The notes under the pieces were generated by a model that was not told where the DNA came from, ran no database searches, and worked only from the letters and a program-made list of their open reading frames with translations. A DNA stretch of 64,000 nt from Octopus sinensis (lineage: Eukaryota): contig NC_043000.1 in the NCBI RefSeq assembly GCF_006345805.1, forward strand, positions 122,202,001 through 122,266,000, read 5' to 3'. A program made the position numbers and the translations under genes. Of the stretch, positions 25,221-38,851 are shown piece by piece (the stretch's first letter is position 1; the number at the start of each line of letters is the position of its first letter).

Positions 25221-26101
25221 GCACACTCAGACGTATAGTGGTTTCGTATTAGTCTCGCAAGATGTACTATATGAAATCAGGTGGTGTAACTGATATACAT
25301 ATGTCTCCAGTAGAGAATATAAATGAAGCTATAGAATCGGAAAGTACAGTTTAACTATAATAGGAAGAAGAAGAATATTTTAAAGTCTGAAGTCATGAAC
25401 GCTTTGACTAAAGTGGGCAGGTGAACGGCTTGTTATATTTCAAAGTTAAGATCGAAAGTTGTTGAGATGTCTGTTCAGGGATTCAGTCTGATGCTCAAAA
25501 GAATTAAGAAGCATTTCGATAGTTTGAAGATAGTTGCCAAATGACCTGTTAGTGAAGGAAGATTATCGATAGTAAATTAGTATTATATGGCAGTCAACTA
25601 AACTGTCTGATAGTTATAACATCAATGACTATTGATAGAGAAAATATCAATAGCACAGATAATGGCTTCTGAATCCAATATGTCTGAATAATGAATTGAT
25701 TATGTAGCAGACAGGAACGTTGTCCATGTCCGTATACAAAACTGCAAGTTAGAATAATGAGCAAAACGTCATTCATATATTGGTTTGCATATGAATGCAT
25801 GATCATTTAACGAAGTACATTAAAATGTGTACACACACACAGACACACGTACGTCTATGTTAATGCGCACATGTAAATAAGTATATATACATATATATAT
25901 ATGTGTCTTTGTGTTTGTATGTGTGTGTGTGTGTATAAATGAGTGTATTTATGTATGTATCAATGTATGTGTGTGTCTATGTATGTATTTATGTATGCAT
26001 GCATGTGTGTTTTCAGAGATAGGCGGCGGTACACAAAAGCATTTACACCTTCATATATATAGGTGTATGAGCATGTGTTTGTGCGTCAATGTGTTTGTGT
26101 A

Positions 26102-26171
<70 letters not shown>

Positions 26172-26452
26172 TGTATTTTCGGATTAACTCAAATATGTTC
26201 TTAAGCAGGCAGCTATAGCTGATTCACTATAGAAACGTTTGTCCATATAGGTGATATCGGATTCATTCTCAATAAATAGAGGGACATATTTTATGTTCGA
26301 CCAAACCATTTTTGGGGTGGAACTTTGAAGACGAATAATTACGTACAAAATTCGGTACCCGCTTTTACACAGCCGAAATTCCACTTTGATTTATGTACTG
26401 CAACATGCAACAGTTCGTGGGTTCGGTCATTTCTTTTGTTACTGTTAGATTT

Positions 26453-26660
26453 TACATTTTACTTGTTTCAGCATTTGACGGTAGCCATGATGGGGCACCG
26501 CCTTGAAGGTTTGTTGTTGAACAAATCGATCGTACTGATTATTCTATCCGTTTCTTTTGCGGAACCGCAAGATTACGGGGGTGTAAACTCACCAGCACTG
26601 CCTACCAAGCTGTGGATGAGTGGAAGCAAACCAGACACGCATGCACACACAGAGGTACAT
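26453..26660 (-). mobile_element. Old family-A-related SINE 3' half
   Basis: TTTTACTTGTTTCAGC..GCACCGCCTT..TTTTGCGGAACCGC..CACCAGCA motifs. Confidence 0.65.
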
Positions 26661-26777
26661 ACACACACATGTATGTTATGTGTGTTTGAGGGTGGGTAGG
26701 TGTGTGTGTGTGTTTTAGAAAAACATAAATTCGGAGAAGAAGCACTCTCTAGGAAGTAGAGCAATCTACATTCGTTC

Positions 26778-26916
26778 CTGATGAAGGGCGGTTTAAGGGC
26801 TCACTCTGGGTACCCCCTCCATAACGGGTTTAACTTCAAGGTAAACGATGCGCCAAAAAGTTAAACCTGCTTTGGACGGGAAAGCCAGGGTAAACCTATA
26901 AACCGGCCTTCACCAG
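26778..26916. repeat. Imperfect fold-back element (59-bp arms, 21-nt loop)
   Basis: Arms 26778-26836 and 26858-26916 align without gaps at 45/59 positions; (TA)n follows immediately. Confidence 0.8.
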
Positions 26917-26976
<60 letters not shown>

Positions 26977-26989
26977 TTGTTTTCGTATA

Positions 26990-27390
26990 CATTCGCTGCT
27001 TTCTTCCAAGGAATCCAATGCTCTTAGCTTAGTATTTTTCTTGGGGCTGGCCAGATTAGAGCAATGTCGAGTATAACCAGCCGAAATTGTAATTTTATTT
27101 GTATCGTTTTTACGTCCTGTTTTTGTTACATTTCTTTCTTTCTTTGTTTTTACCCCTCTGCGAAGTAATTTTATTTAATTTCTTCGCAGGAAGGGCTAGT
27201 TCGACGAGTCGTGTTCTGTCCTACATTCGAAACACGCTGGAGTTGAACTAGGGACAGCTGATGAAGAGGATTTTTCCTTGTGTAGCTTGTCTTGTACTCT
27301 GTTTTTCGTTGTAAAAAAATGGTCTGTTCCATGCTTCTTTATCCGTTTTCGTTTCTCGTTGAGTTCTACGTCTATTTCTGGTGTCCTGCA
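26990..27390. other. Unclassified element between two (TA)n runs with serial hairpins
   Basis: CTGCGAAG/CTTCGCAG stem (27158-27189); nested CTAGTTCGAC..CGTGTT / AACACG..GTTGAACTAG stem (27196-27251); CTGATGA at 27258. Confidence 0.45.
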
Positions 27391-27484
27391 CTCACGTATA
27401 TATATTTATATATGTTTGTATATATACATGTAGATGTAGGTACGTACATATATGTATGTATGTATGCATATATTTTATTTATTA

Positions 27485-27549
<65 letters not shown>

Positions 27550-28038
27550 AGAGGAGTTTTTGAAGTGATGTACAAATATTATACATCTAGAATAAGGTAG
27601 TCAGAATGTTGGATGAATATATATATATATTTTTTTTATTTACATCTTATTTACATTTTTTAGCTCTTTCTTCCGTTATCAGATTCATCAAAAATTTTAT
27701 AAAGAATTTTCTGGGGTTCGCCAAGCAATAAAGATGAAAGAACATTTTTTGAGAAGGAGGGGAAGGTAAAGCGACGTGGCTTTCGTATGGTCAGACTTGT
27801 TTGTTTAGTACTTAATGGCCCTTTAAGGAAAGTAGGAAAAAGAAGGGAAAGGAAAATAGCTTTTGTATTTGAATTGGTCTAGGTTTTAATTGATAAACCA
27901 GACGTTGTTTTTGACTTTCTTCAATAAAAATTATAATTGCATTCCAAGTATATGCTATTTTCATTAAACAATAGTGGATGATTTCGAAAGAATGATTTTT
28001 TAGTTCACTATACGCCCGCACAGTAATTACATATATAC

Positions 28039-28082
<44 letters not shown>

Positions 28083-28179
28083 CTGTGTGTGTGTGTATAT
28101 ATATACCCCCACACACAGAGACATATATATATATATATATACATCACACACACACACACACATATATATATATTATATA

Positions 28180-28219
<40 letters not shown>

Positions 28220-28299
28220 GCACACACATATATTTATGCATATATACATATATAGACAGTTTAAAAGTTCATAGAAAACTGATAGGGGACACTGATGTT

Positions 28300-28457
28300 T
28301 TCATGAAGTTAAATATATACTCAATGAATTTAAATAGATATGGTTAAATAGACAGTGTAACTAATACCTATGAATAGTTCATAAAGTTAATATACATTCA
28401 ACAAATTTAAATAGATTTGGTTAAAATAAACGCCATGTTAAGAAAACCTATGAATCG
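28300..28457. repeat. Diverged tandem duplication, ~79-bp unit x2
   Basis: TTCATGAAGTTAAATATA..AATTTAAATAGATATGGTTAAA..ACCTATGAAT recurs at 28378. Confidence 0.7.
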
Positions 28458-30013
28458 TGCATCTATACTAGAAATTAAATAGACAAATATACATATGAGA
28501 ACCCAACCTATCGACTAATATGTTTGAATGAATAAGTATCTTTACTAGTAACTAATATAAATTTTACAAAAAAATATGTAAATGATACTGTTAATATAAT
28601 GTAATTAAATAAAAGTAACAATTAAGTACATACCTAGATTTATTTTATCAATAATAAGTACGTATCAATAATGACATAGTATGAAAAGTAGGGACAGGCT
28701 TGTAAGCCTACGTTGTTATTTTGGCCAAATGGGTGAAATAAAGACGTTGAGAAATGTGCTATTGGCGTACTGGATAGGACGAAAATTAGTTGCAGTCTTG
28801 TAAACAGTTAATCGGCATTACCAAATGAGTGGATTGTAACATGATCAAGTTCTGGAAAACACATTCAAGATAATACAATACAAAGGGAAAGCAGCAATTC
28901 ACATGTGTGAGCGTGTGTGCGCGTATGTATTCGTGTGTGTGTGTGTAAGAGAGTGCACGCGCACGTGTGTTCATGAATAATATTAAAGGCAACAGTTATG
29001 AACATAGACATTATCTATAGCTTCCTCTATATCAGATGTAATACTGCCCGTTGTCAAACAGGGAATTCTATTGATCCCTAATTACTCCTGCCACCAAGGA
29101 CATCAGAGGCAAGCCCAACTTCCTCACTCGTTCTCGTGACCTTACAGGTACAGGCTGAAATTAAATTGGGGTGTTGTAATACGCACATGTTAAGTAATAA
29201 ATCTATAAATGAGAATACATCAGCCGAATGTATATTTTCCTGGATAAAAATAACTTTATTAACGACTTAAACAATCTTAATTAACTATAATTATTACAAA
29301 AACAATCATAACAATGAGCAATAATTACCAATAATTACAGTATACCGTAGAGTTAATCAACAAAATATCTAGAAATTACAAATTATATATCATCATAAAC
29401 ACCAACAGAAGTATTTTTCATGAAAGTAAAAATATCTAAAATGATATTAATAACTCCCTTATTAGCCATAAATAATTCATTACATATTCTTCAGTAAGCC
29501 TAATGCATATTTTCACCAATGCCATACACATGAAAAAATACAACTTGAATGTAAAACCTATTAAATGAATGAATTAGAGAGCTGTGTAAAATAACTGGAA
29601 GTATGCGTTCCGGTTGATTTCGCCTTAATTTCAGATTCAACCGTCGTCAAGTTTACCTTTCAAACATTCTTGGGCCAATAGAAAGGAACCAATCCTCCAT
29701 GGTGGACTGGTGGATCTGTTAGACGTCAGACTGGATGTCTTGTGGTATTTGATCTGGATCTTTGTATACTGAGTTCAAATTACGTTATGGTTTACTGGAG
29801 TGTTAAGCTTAATTTGTTACCATGATTAGCACCAGCATCAGATACCCTGGATACCTTTTGTAGAATCCGTTCCATGCAACACTTCAGGTAAGGACTCCCG
29901 CTTTGGAATACTTTTGTCCCATCAGTCTCACAAACCATGTAATGTCATAAGCAATACCTTTCTAAGGAAAGGCTTTGAAACAGTTATTATTGTTGAGTAG
30001 TTAATGAAATATT

Positions 30014-30224
30014 GGGTTCAAATTTTGGGACAAGGCCAGGAATTTCAAGGATGGTGTAAGGTGATAACATCGACCGCATTGTTCAACTAGTACTTATTTC
30101 ATCGAACCCAAAAGGATGAAATGCAAACTCGACTAAGCCAGAATTTGAACTCAAAATGTAAAGATGGACGAGCTGCTACTCAGTATTTTGTTCGGCGTGC
30201 TAACGATTCTGCCATCTCACAGCC
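30014..30224 (-). mobile_element. Family-B SINE
   Basis: Reverse-complement copy ending GTGCTAACGATTCTGCCATCTCACAGCC. Confidence 0.75.
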
Positions 30225-30875
30225 GTAGTAGTTACTTAAATACTGATGCGCACCTGATATCTAAAATCTAGATTCATAACTTTGTATAGTAACAATGGAC
30301 GTCAGTTTAGGTGTATAATCCACGCGCAGTTTATTAATGTTGCTCTCTTTTACTACTCGGATACAACTTCAACTCACGTTTGAAATAATGCCGAATGACA
30401 TTTTCCACAATGCCTTCCTGATCTTTCATTCAATGCTAAGTATATATAGTTCATGTCGAACACAGTAAGACAGTATTAAAATATTACAACTTAAACTAAA
30501 TACTACAGTGCATCTAAAAATGTATCAAACTCTCTGTAGACAACCTTCTGTCTCAAATATAATTCAGATATAATTAAAATCATTTTGGTTTGTTTATCTT
30601 TGAGTCAAGTATCTTTGCTAATTTGAATGTCCTCTTCCCAAGCTACCGCACGTTGTCGTAGTCGAACTGTCTGCTTCTGTTCTCTTAGGTATCCAAATTG
30701 ATAAATATCACACAATTTCTTTTTCAGTTCTTTCTATGGAGATAAATCTAACAGTAATAATCATCCAACAGAGCGAACCAAAATGTTAATAATCGTTGCT
30801 GCTGTTGCAGGCTTCTCGAATATCGGACAACAATTTTGTCAAAAGATGTGACACATCTGTCTATTTATCGTATAA

Positions 30876-31089
30876 TTGGGTTGTCCGGAAAGTACGTGCC
30901 GATTTATAGTAGCTTACTTTTCGACATATTTTAGAACATGGTTGAGTTCATAAAATAGGATTAGACTACACCTCCATTTAGAGCACAGTATAAGGTATTT
31001 TTTCGTGGAAGAAGGTTTATGTTCCTATAAGTATTTATTGACCTTTTTCTTTCCTTTTAAAATCGGCACGAACTTTCCGAACAACCCAA
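30876..31089. mobile_element. Mariner-type MITE (214 bp, 30-bp TIRs)
   Basis: Left TTGGGTTGTCCGGAAAGTACGTGCCGATTT versus right (reverse complement) TTGGGTTGTTCGGAAAGTTCGTGCCGATTT, 2 mismatches; TA on the right, left TA mutated to AA. Confidence 0.85.
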
Positions 31090-31988
31090 TAGATTATCTA
31101 GGACTACACTTTCCAACGCATCTCTTTATTTTTAAAAAGGTATTACGCAACTCACCAGAGATGTTAGGCTGATATTTTTACAGGGCGACTAATTCGAAAT
31201 TGGTGCACAGAAGTAAGAGTTTTGGACAATCTTTAGTAAACATTACTGTGATTTTGTTCATTATCACCATGTAAGCGAACAGCTAATTCAATCTCTGAAG
31301 CATTTGAACCAAGTGGTCCGAAAAGGAATAATTTGGGAACAGACCGATTGGCAGAAATTAGTTTCGTATTGACTTAGTACAAAACTCTGTTTATTTTATG
31401 AGAAGCGGAAATAGAATTACGAAGATGCTAACTAGAAGAGCAAAGGGAAGTGAACAATTATGAGACGAGCATCGAAAGAGTTACCGGTTTTCGACAGAGT
31501 ATCATGTGACCATTTCTAATAATCAAGCTTTGTGTAATTATTGAAATGATGACGCCTAACACTGAATTTTACTGCCTTCCATGTTGCATGAGTATTTTAA
31601 ATTGAAGTTCTTTGATGTTTCACACTCTGATCCAGTTCATCAAAGATGAATATAGTACATAGACCCATAAGCGGTAGTAGATATTATATGAAAGCTTGCT
31701 TCATTCCTACTCCTATAATATGAATCATATTATGTGGTCATCAGAGAGAGCGGAAAATTGTATAACGAAAGCTAAATAAATGTATTTCGAGTGTAGCAAC
31801 TGCAAAGTTAATTTAACATAATTCGGGTTTATTTCCTCCATCACTAACGTTACTAACAAACCATTCTGTTAAGTATTGATATCAAAGATCTTTAATTGAT
31901 ATTTTCTTATTTTAGCTGGACATCGATGTTATAATTCACTTCAGCTCAATCATAATCACATACATCCACGGAAACACACAAACACACA

Positions 31989-32022
<34 letters not shown>

Positions 32023-32106
32023 CATACATACATACATACATACATACATACATACATACATACGTACATACATAAATACATACATACACATCATGCACTG
32101 ATACAG

Positions 32107-32151
<45 letters not shown>

Positions 32152-32624
32152 ACAAACACATGTGTATATATATATGTATGTTACATGTTTCAGCAAGAAT
32201 GGACGAGGTATTAAGGTGGAAAATAATCTTAAAATAACTAACTTACTGCATGTCACCTTGAACCTTAATCCCTGTTATTCTAGCGGCATAATAAATTCTA
32301 TAATAAAAGGGTATCTACTATAATTTGCCATTTATTAGCTAATGAAAATTCATTTAGTCAGCATTCTCGGTACTATAATAATGAAACACTCAATAGACCT
32401 GGTTACAAGGTGAATTTACTTATATGTCTAGATCTGGCGGCCCTCTTAACAAAAACGGAGTAATCAGTCATAGTATTAGTATTTCTAAACATAATTCTAC
32501 TAACGGCCTTATCAAGAATATTAATGATAATACTAAAAATATTATTATAATTATTATAGTTATTATTGTTATTATTATTATTGTCGTTGTTATTGTTGTT
32601 GTTGCTGTTGTTCAACATTTGGTA

Positions 32625-33191
32625 GATTCAGGCAAATTTCTACTGCAACACATGCTACATTCCTTTGTGCTGGTGTGCGTACAGCATTGTTTGTTCTTTC
32701 TTTTCTTTTTTTTAATTGAGTGTACAAATTCTTCCCAGTATTATATTGCGTTTTATTTAGGCGTGGTGAAGTCTTTTGTTTTATTTACGTCTGTATTGTG
32801 TGCTCCGTGTGTAATGCGTTGGTTATATAACTTTCTGGTTGTAGTTTATTTCATTGGATATTTGCTGCATAGAGTGTCTTGTATTTGAAGATTGTTTTGT
32901 TTAGGTTGTATTATTGAATAGACAGAATCTTGCGTAGTATGCGGGCTGTTCCTAGCAGAGTTTTTTTATATATGGTGTGTAGTCTTGAGGATCGAGGTGT
33001 ACCCTCGAAGTTTTTGTTCATATCTTTTATAATGCACAGTGCACCACTTATTACATATCTTGTTTTCACCCTCATGCTCTATATCTTGAATACTTCAATT
33101 TCGAGTTCTTTGTAATTTGACAATTTATCCACTTCTTTTTTTGAACAATATTTTGTCAAGGGACTGCAATATCTATCGGTAAGCAGGAGTC
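32625..33191 (-). mobile_element. R4/Dong-clade LINE 3' end with 3' UTR
   Basis: KLSNYKELEIEV..VISGALCII..KTLLGTARILRKILSIQ*, then an A/C-rich UTR and AAC/AAT triplets. Confidence 0.85.
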
Positions 33192-33240
<49 letters not shown>

Positions 33241-33587
33241 GCCTTTGCACGGCTTCTAACGCTGGAGATGTACTACAGTGTCAGCTGTGCAGTACCAGTG
33301 AACTAAGGTAACACCTCTTATTTTTCGAGAGTATTCGAGCGTTTCCAAGCAGGTACTGTTTCCTGCAAGTGCTCCACTCTTATTGTAGCCCCTATTTGTT
33401 CCTCCTACTTCTTGAGATTTTTGCGAACTGTTGCCAGGGCTCCGACAATTATTGGTACTACTGCTACCTTTTCCATCGACCACAACTGCTTAAATTCCCA
33501 AGTTAACCTGTCATATCTCTCAACATTTCTTTCTTCCTTATCGCATAACTTGTTTTCAGCTGGGCATGCTATATCTATGATCCAGCA
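33241..33587 (-). mobile_element. R4/Dong-clade LINE 3' end
   Basis: CWIIDIACPAENKLCDKEERNVERYDRLTWEFKQLWSMEKVAVVPIIVGALATV; (TTA)n on both sides. Confidence 0.85.
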
Positions 33588-33614
33588 TCATCGTTGTTGT
33601 TGTTATTATTATTA

Positions 33615-33657
<43 letters not shown>

Positions 33658-33830
33658 CATTGCTGTTGTTGTTGCTGTTAGCAACGATAATGCTCATAAT
33701 CATATTTTGATGGAACTACTGGTAAAATTGTAAGATAAATAATAGAAACCGATGCAACAGAGGAAAACTAGTAGTACTGATAAAAGCAGAAGTAAAAAAA
33801 AACAATAAATGTACTATAATAATAATAATG

Positions 33831-33867
<37 letters not shown>

Positions 33868-33880
33868 TAATAATAATAAT

Positions 33881-34215
33881 GAAAACACTACCGACAATGA
33901 CAAATGTAGAATGTGTAGTGTGAAGGGTGAAACGGTATGGCACATCGTTAGTGAATGCCCGAATTTGGTACAACGCGATTACAAACGAAGCCATGACAAT
34001 GTGACAAGAATTATACATTGGCAGCCTGTGAAAAGCACGGCTTACAAAGAGGAAAGACGAGGTAAATGCAAACTCTAGAAGGATAATGGGGTATAAGAAT
34101 TGCAAAATCCTGTGGAATGCAATGATTCAGTATGATCACCTGGGAAGACGTTCGGAAACCGAACATTGTTGTGCTAAACAGAAAGAACGTGCCTGTTTAT
34201 CGACATAAAATGCTC
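33881..34215 (+). mobile_element. R4/Dong-clade LINE fragment (CCHC, RHD and REL endonuclease)
   Basis: DKCRMCSVKGETVWHIVSECPNLVQRDYKRSHDNVTRIIHWQ, then KILWNAMIQYDH..KPNIVVL..LFIDIKC; preceded by (AAT)n. Confidence 0.9.
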
Positions 34216-34905
34216 ACGTCTACTCTCTTCATTGAACACAACCTTCGTATTTCCCACTACAAATCGTCATAGTTGTTTATTTTTTTTTATTTTTTCACAT
34301 ACATCCTCTTATCACCGGAACATTTTAATGGTAAGAATGATAACAAAAATAATAACATGAGAAATAATAATGGGAATAATAATAGTGATAAAGACTACAA
34401 TAATTATACGGATAATGCAGGTAGTTGTGTTAACAATAATATTAAGTATCGCAAATCTATAAGGAATAACCATCATATGTGTAACAATTCACAAAGTAAT
34501 AACTGCAGCAACACTATTGTTATGGCAAGAACTATAATTGTGGTAATATTAATGATAATGATAACGAATATAATCATTTTGGAACACTTAGGAGACCATG
34601 CGATGTTTATAATAACTGCATTACCAAATGATGATAATGTAAGTGTTGATGGATGGCTAACGCAATATAACTGTGCTACTGATTATGGCTGAGTACCGCA
34701 TAATGGTATAAGCTATGTAACCACTGTATTCTCATCCCAGAGTTAATTAAATTATATAAAGAAATATGAGCGCCCGCTCGGAAATAAATGCTTGACAAAA
34801 TACAGGTTACCTAGATGTAATTTTAATACTAATACACATACTTTCATTTACGTCGATAACACTCCTTTCATCTTTAAATGAAGGATACATAATCGCTTTC
34901 ATTCA

Positions 34906-35078
34906 TAGGCGTAGGAGTGGCTGTGTGATAAGTAGTTTGCTTACCAACCACATGTCTCCGTGTTCAGACCTACTGCGTGGCACCTTGGGCAAGTGTCTTC
35001 TATTATAGCCTCGGGCCGATTAAAGCCTTGTGAGTGGATTTGGTAGACAGAAACTGAAAGAAGCCCGTCGTATATATG

Positions 35079-35109
<31 letters not shown>

Positions 35110-35372
35110 TTGTGTGTTTGTTTTTGTGTTTGTGTGTGTTGGTGTGTGTGAGTGTATGTTTGTGTATCTCTGTCTCCCCAACATCGCTTGACAACCGATG
35201 CGGGAGTGCTTACGTCCCCATAACATAACGGTTCGGCAAAAAGATGAAGAAGTACTAGGCTTACAAAGAATAAGCTCTGGGGTCGATTGGCTCGAATAAA
35301 GGTGGTGCTCCAGCATGGCCGCAGTCAAATGACTGAAACAAGTAAAAGAGTAAAAGAGTAAAAGAGTAAAAG
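34906..35372 (+). mobile_element. Family-A SINE
   Basis: Full copy from TAGGCGTAGGAGTGG to (AGTAAAAG)x4, with a small internal deletion. Confidence 0.9.
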
Positions 35373-36085
35373 AAAAAATATCATTGTCTCCATGATGGTC
35401 TGGGTGTTAATGTACAGCAATGTTGACTTCCAATAAACATGGAGTATCGCTAGATACAACAAGCCTTATGCTAATGATAGATTTGGCTCAAATCACTGGT
35501 GTTTGAAATTGTTGGAAATCTTAAAATGTATAGGTGATTTTAACAGATTGGAGGAATTAAGAATCAAATGTCCGCACTTTATTCACAGAAATTTCTTACA
35601 CATGAAACCAATTCTATAATACCTTCTCTTAGTAATGGATAGGCATCTATAACTATAGAGAACAAACATTAATAGCCAGGAATAAGATTCATAAAACTCT
35701 TCATAACTCCTTTACATCTTTTGAGCATTTACATCTTTTGAGCATTTTCTTAACACATCCCATAATTTTAACTTATTATAATAGTGATCTGGCCTATCTA
35801 GTTAACCTGTATAATTTCAATTAACTTCCTTTCAGCTCGGTAATATTGTGGCAACGGTCGTTAATTGAATCGATGTGATTCATGTTTTCCTTTATTTTTA
35901 TTAGCAATACCGGTTTGGGTTTTTCTTTTTGATTATTCCTGGCTTTTCAACTTGTAAAATCACTACAGCTATATAACTTATCTCTCTACATTTCGATATT
36001 GAACTAACATACATTTAAAAATTTTATACATTTAAACTATACGACATCAAGCGTTCTTGGATGATTCTATAACTTCTTAAATTCA

Positions 36086-36300
36086 TTTCTTTATTGCCTA
36101 CACGAGGCTAAACATAAAGGGGAGAAACAAGGACAGACAAACAGATTAAGTCGATTACATCGCCCCCAGTGCGTAACTGGTACTTAATTTATCGATCCCG
36201 AAAGAATGAAAGGCAAAGTTGAACTCAGAACGTAGCGGCAGACGAAATACGGCTACGCATTTCGCCCGGCGTGTTAACGTTTCTGCCAGCTCACCACCTT
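36086..36300 (-). mobile_element. Family-B SINE with internal deletion
   Basis: Reverse-complement copy; GCAAAGTT joins GAACTCAG, skipping ~15 nt present in other copies. Confidence 0.85.
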
Positions 36301-36306
36301 ATCCTT

Positions 36307-36357
<51 letters not shown>

Positions 36358-36365
36358 TATATATA

Positions 36366-36422
<57 letters not shown>

Positions 36423-36448
36423 ATATACATACATATACATACATATAC

Positions 36449-36508
<60 letters not shown>

Positions 36509-37493
36509 TGTTCAATATCTACGAGTTGAATAAAATTTATCTTTCTATTTGTTCTATTATACAATTATATATTTATGTCGACACTGATTATTACAGTCCA
36601 GTATAAGCACTCATTTCTTTATGCTATTGTCATTCTTTTGTCCTACTCACTTTCTGTCCAAGTATTTTATAGGTTATGAATACTGGCATTGTGATTATGA
36701 ATATATCAAATTATTACTTATTTTCCTGTCATTTTCCTCTCTCTCTCCTTTTTCACGCCGTCTCAACTGAAATTTCGCAAGGACCTTCGATATCTTCTGT
36801 TTTACCTTATGTTATTGTCCTCTGAATTATAATTAGAGAATCTTGCTTAATCAAAGCTAATATTCTCTTACTTCTGCTACTATTAATTAGTACACTTGGT
36901 TCAAGATGAATTAAAGAAATGAATAAATAACACTGAAATTTATTTACAAAGGTTACTTGATAGTGTCCTAAATGATATAACAATACATATGTTTATTTTT
37001 AGAACTACGTTGGCAACAGTCTTCAAATATGTTTTGAAAGGATCAAATCTTTGCCTCCTGCTTTCTACAATAAACGACGTCATGGATAAGATCGTTAAGT
37101 TTATGACAACGTTAGAATAGAAATACGTTTTAGCTTTTCTTTAATTTACAACCTTATTCTGCATCCCGAACTTGTACCTGACAGATTGATGTAACACCAA
37201 CTTTACATTTCTTAAAAGTCGGCAAATCCGATTAAAAATTGCACTTGATGATGATCTGTGTAGCGATCAACATGTCACTGTTCGCATTTTCATTTTGCAA
37301 GCCTGATGATTTGGGTGTTGCTTATCGTATTACATAATATTGAAGATGGGCGTACTGAATATTTGACTGTACAATGTTTACGTCACGTAATGAAACAACT
37401 GTAGCAGCACCACGTAACCCATTCGTTTGTTTATAATTCACACACACACACAAACACACACGCGCACATTCACTCTCTCACACGCACACATAC

Positions 37494-37524
<31 letters not shown>

Positions 37525-37526
37525 TA

Positions 37527-37587
<61 letters not shown>

Positions 37588-37665
37588 TGTTTTGTGTTAC
37601 ATTGAACGTTGAAAGAAAGGAAAATAGTGACGTGTCTACAGTGTTTCATAAAATTTTATCTTCCA

Positions 37666-37882
37666 AAGGCTACGAGCTGGCAGAAGCGTTAGCACGCCGG
37701 GCTAAATTCTTGCCGGTATTTCATCTGTCCTTAGGTTCTGAGTTCGAAATCCGCCGAGGTCGATTTTGTCTTTCATCCTTTGGGCATCGATATATTAAGT
37801 ACCAGTTGGGTACTGGGGTCTATCTAATCGACTGGGCTCCTCCTCAAGAATTTCGAGCCTCGCGTCTAGAATAGAAAAGAAT
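37666..37882 (+). mobile_element. Family-B SINE
   Basis: GAGCTGGCAGAAGCGTTAGCACGCCGGG head and core motifs. Confidence 0.8.
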
Positions 37883-38791
37883 ATTTTATCACCGATTATA
37901 CGTAAATCTGTTGTGGACTGAAGACGATATGGCTGGAATTGGTTGTGTACAGCATTGGGTGAGATTTAACGTAATTCGTACGCAACGCAAGTATACTCCT
38001 TACATTATGAGTGGAGTAATAAACTTATGACACGTATTTAAAAATAAATTTCATACTTCGAAACAACGCAATTTTAAACAATGGAAATAAGACCTATCTA
38101 AAAATATTATATATGGAAATATGGAACATTTGTTGCGTAATTTGTATCTGTTTTCAGGTGAGTCTTTCTAAACCAGGCTGCAATATGAAACCTGCGTGTG
38201 GGTATTGATAATGCTTTTACAGAATTTATAATTATATGGTTTAAGTTAAATTTTAAATTATCATTCTTAGATAAATATATGTTAACAATAGGGAAGAATA
38301 TAGAGATAATATATATATAAATATTTAAATGGAAGGAGTTCATAGATAAGAAGAATATATATATGAATAATAAAATGCTCCATGATTATTGCCGAGGTTC
38401 AGAGATATTATCACTCCAGATACTGTATTTTCTGTTGTATTTAAGAGAGATTATATTAAAGGTTCCTGGAACTTAGATATTTGAAATAACGAAGAAAGCA
38501 GAAAATTCCCTATGGCAAACTAAGTTAAACATTGTGTGATGTTTAAATATACTAATCAACATTTAGGTCACATGGGCTGACGTTGCGTATGATCCATTAC
38601 AAACTTATAAGGTTCTTATGATGTTGCTTACGATCCATTACGAGAAAGGAAGGTATCCCCAAAGAAAAAAATTGCTTGACTGCACAAAATTGCTTCCGCC
38701 AAACGTTTCCACTGAGTTAAGCACTTCTGATAAACTAAGCGACAGATGAAGTCTTAAACTCTTGTAGGGCATAGTAGAATTTGAATTCAGT

Positions 38792-38851
38792 CCAAATCTG
38801 CAAGGTACCTGACCAAATCTGCAAGGTACCTGACCAAATCTGCAAGGTACC
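38792..38851. repeat. 21-bp minisatellite, ~2.9 copies
   Basis: CCAAATCTGCAAGGTACCTGA at 38792 and 38813, with a partial copy at 38834; no spacers. Confidence 0.95.

Noticed and set aside
27205-27290. Type III hammerhead (GTT|CTGTCC..GGACAG-CTGATGA)
   Set aside because: No GAAA follows the putative stem II; the only GAAAC lies inside the stem I loop.
29820-29893. Donor CAG|GTAAGG as an exon end
   Set aside because: The upstream acceptors are weak or ambiguous and no frame is recognisable.
34273-34692. 139-aa Asn-rich ORF
   Set aside because: Decayed (AAT)n-type low-complexity sequence with no domain signal.
37248-37306. ATGATGA...CTGA as a possible C/D box snoRNA
   Set aside because: No terminal stem and no recognisable C'/D' boxes or guide; such words are expected by chance.
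35711-38641. Small local duplications (18-bp at ~35711; 23-bp at ~38579/38620)
   Set aside because: Ordinary slippage-scale duplications with no further structure.
38792-38851. 21-bp repeats as a possible CRISPR array
   Set aside because: The repeats are contiguous with no spacers, there are no cas genes, and the context is eukaryotic.
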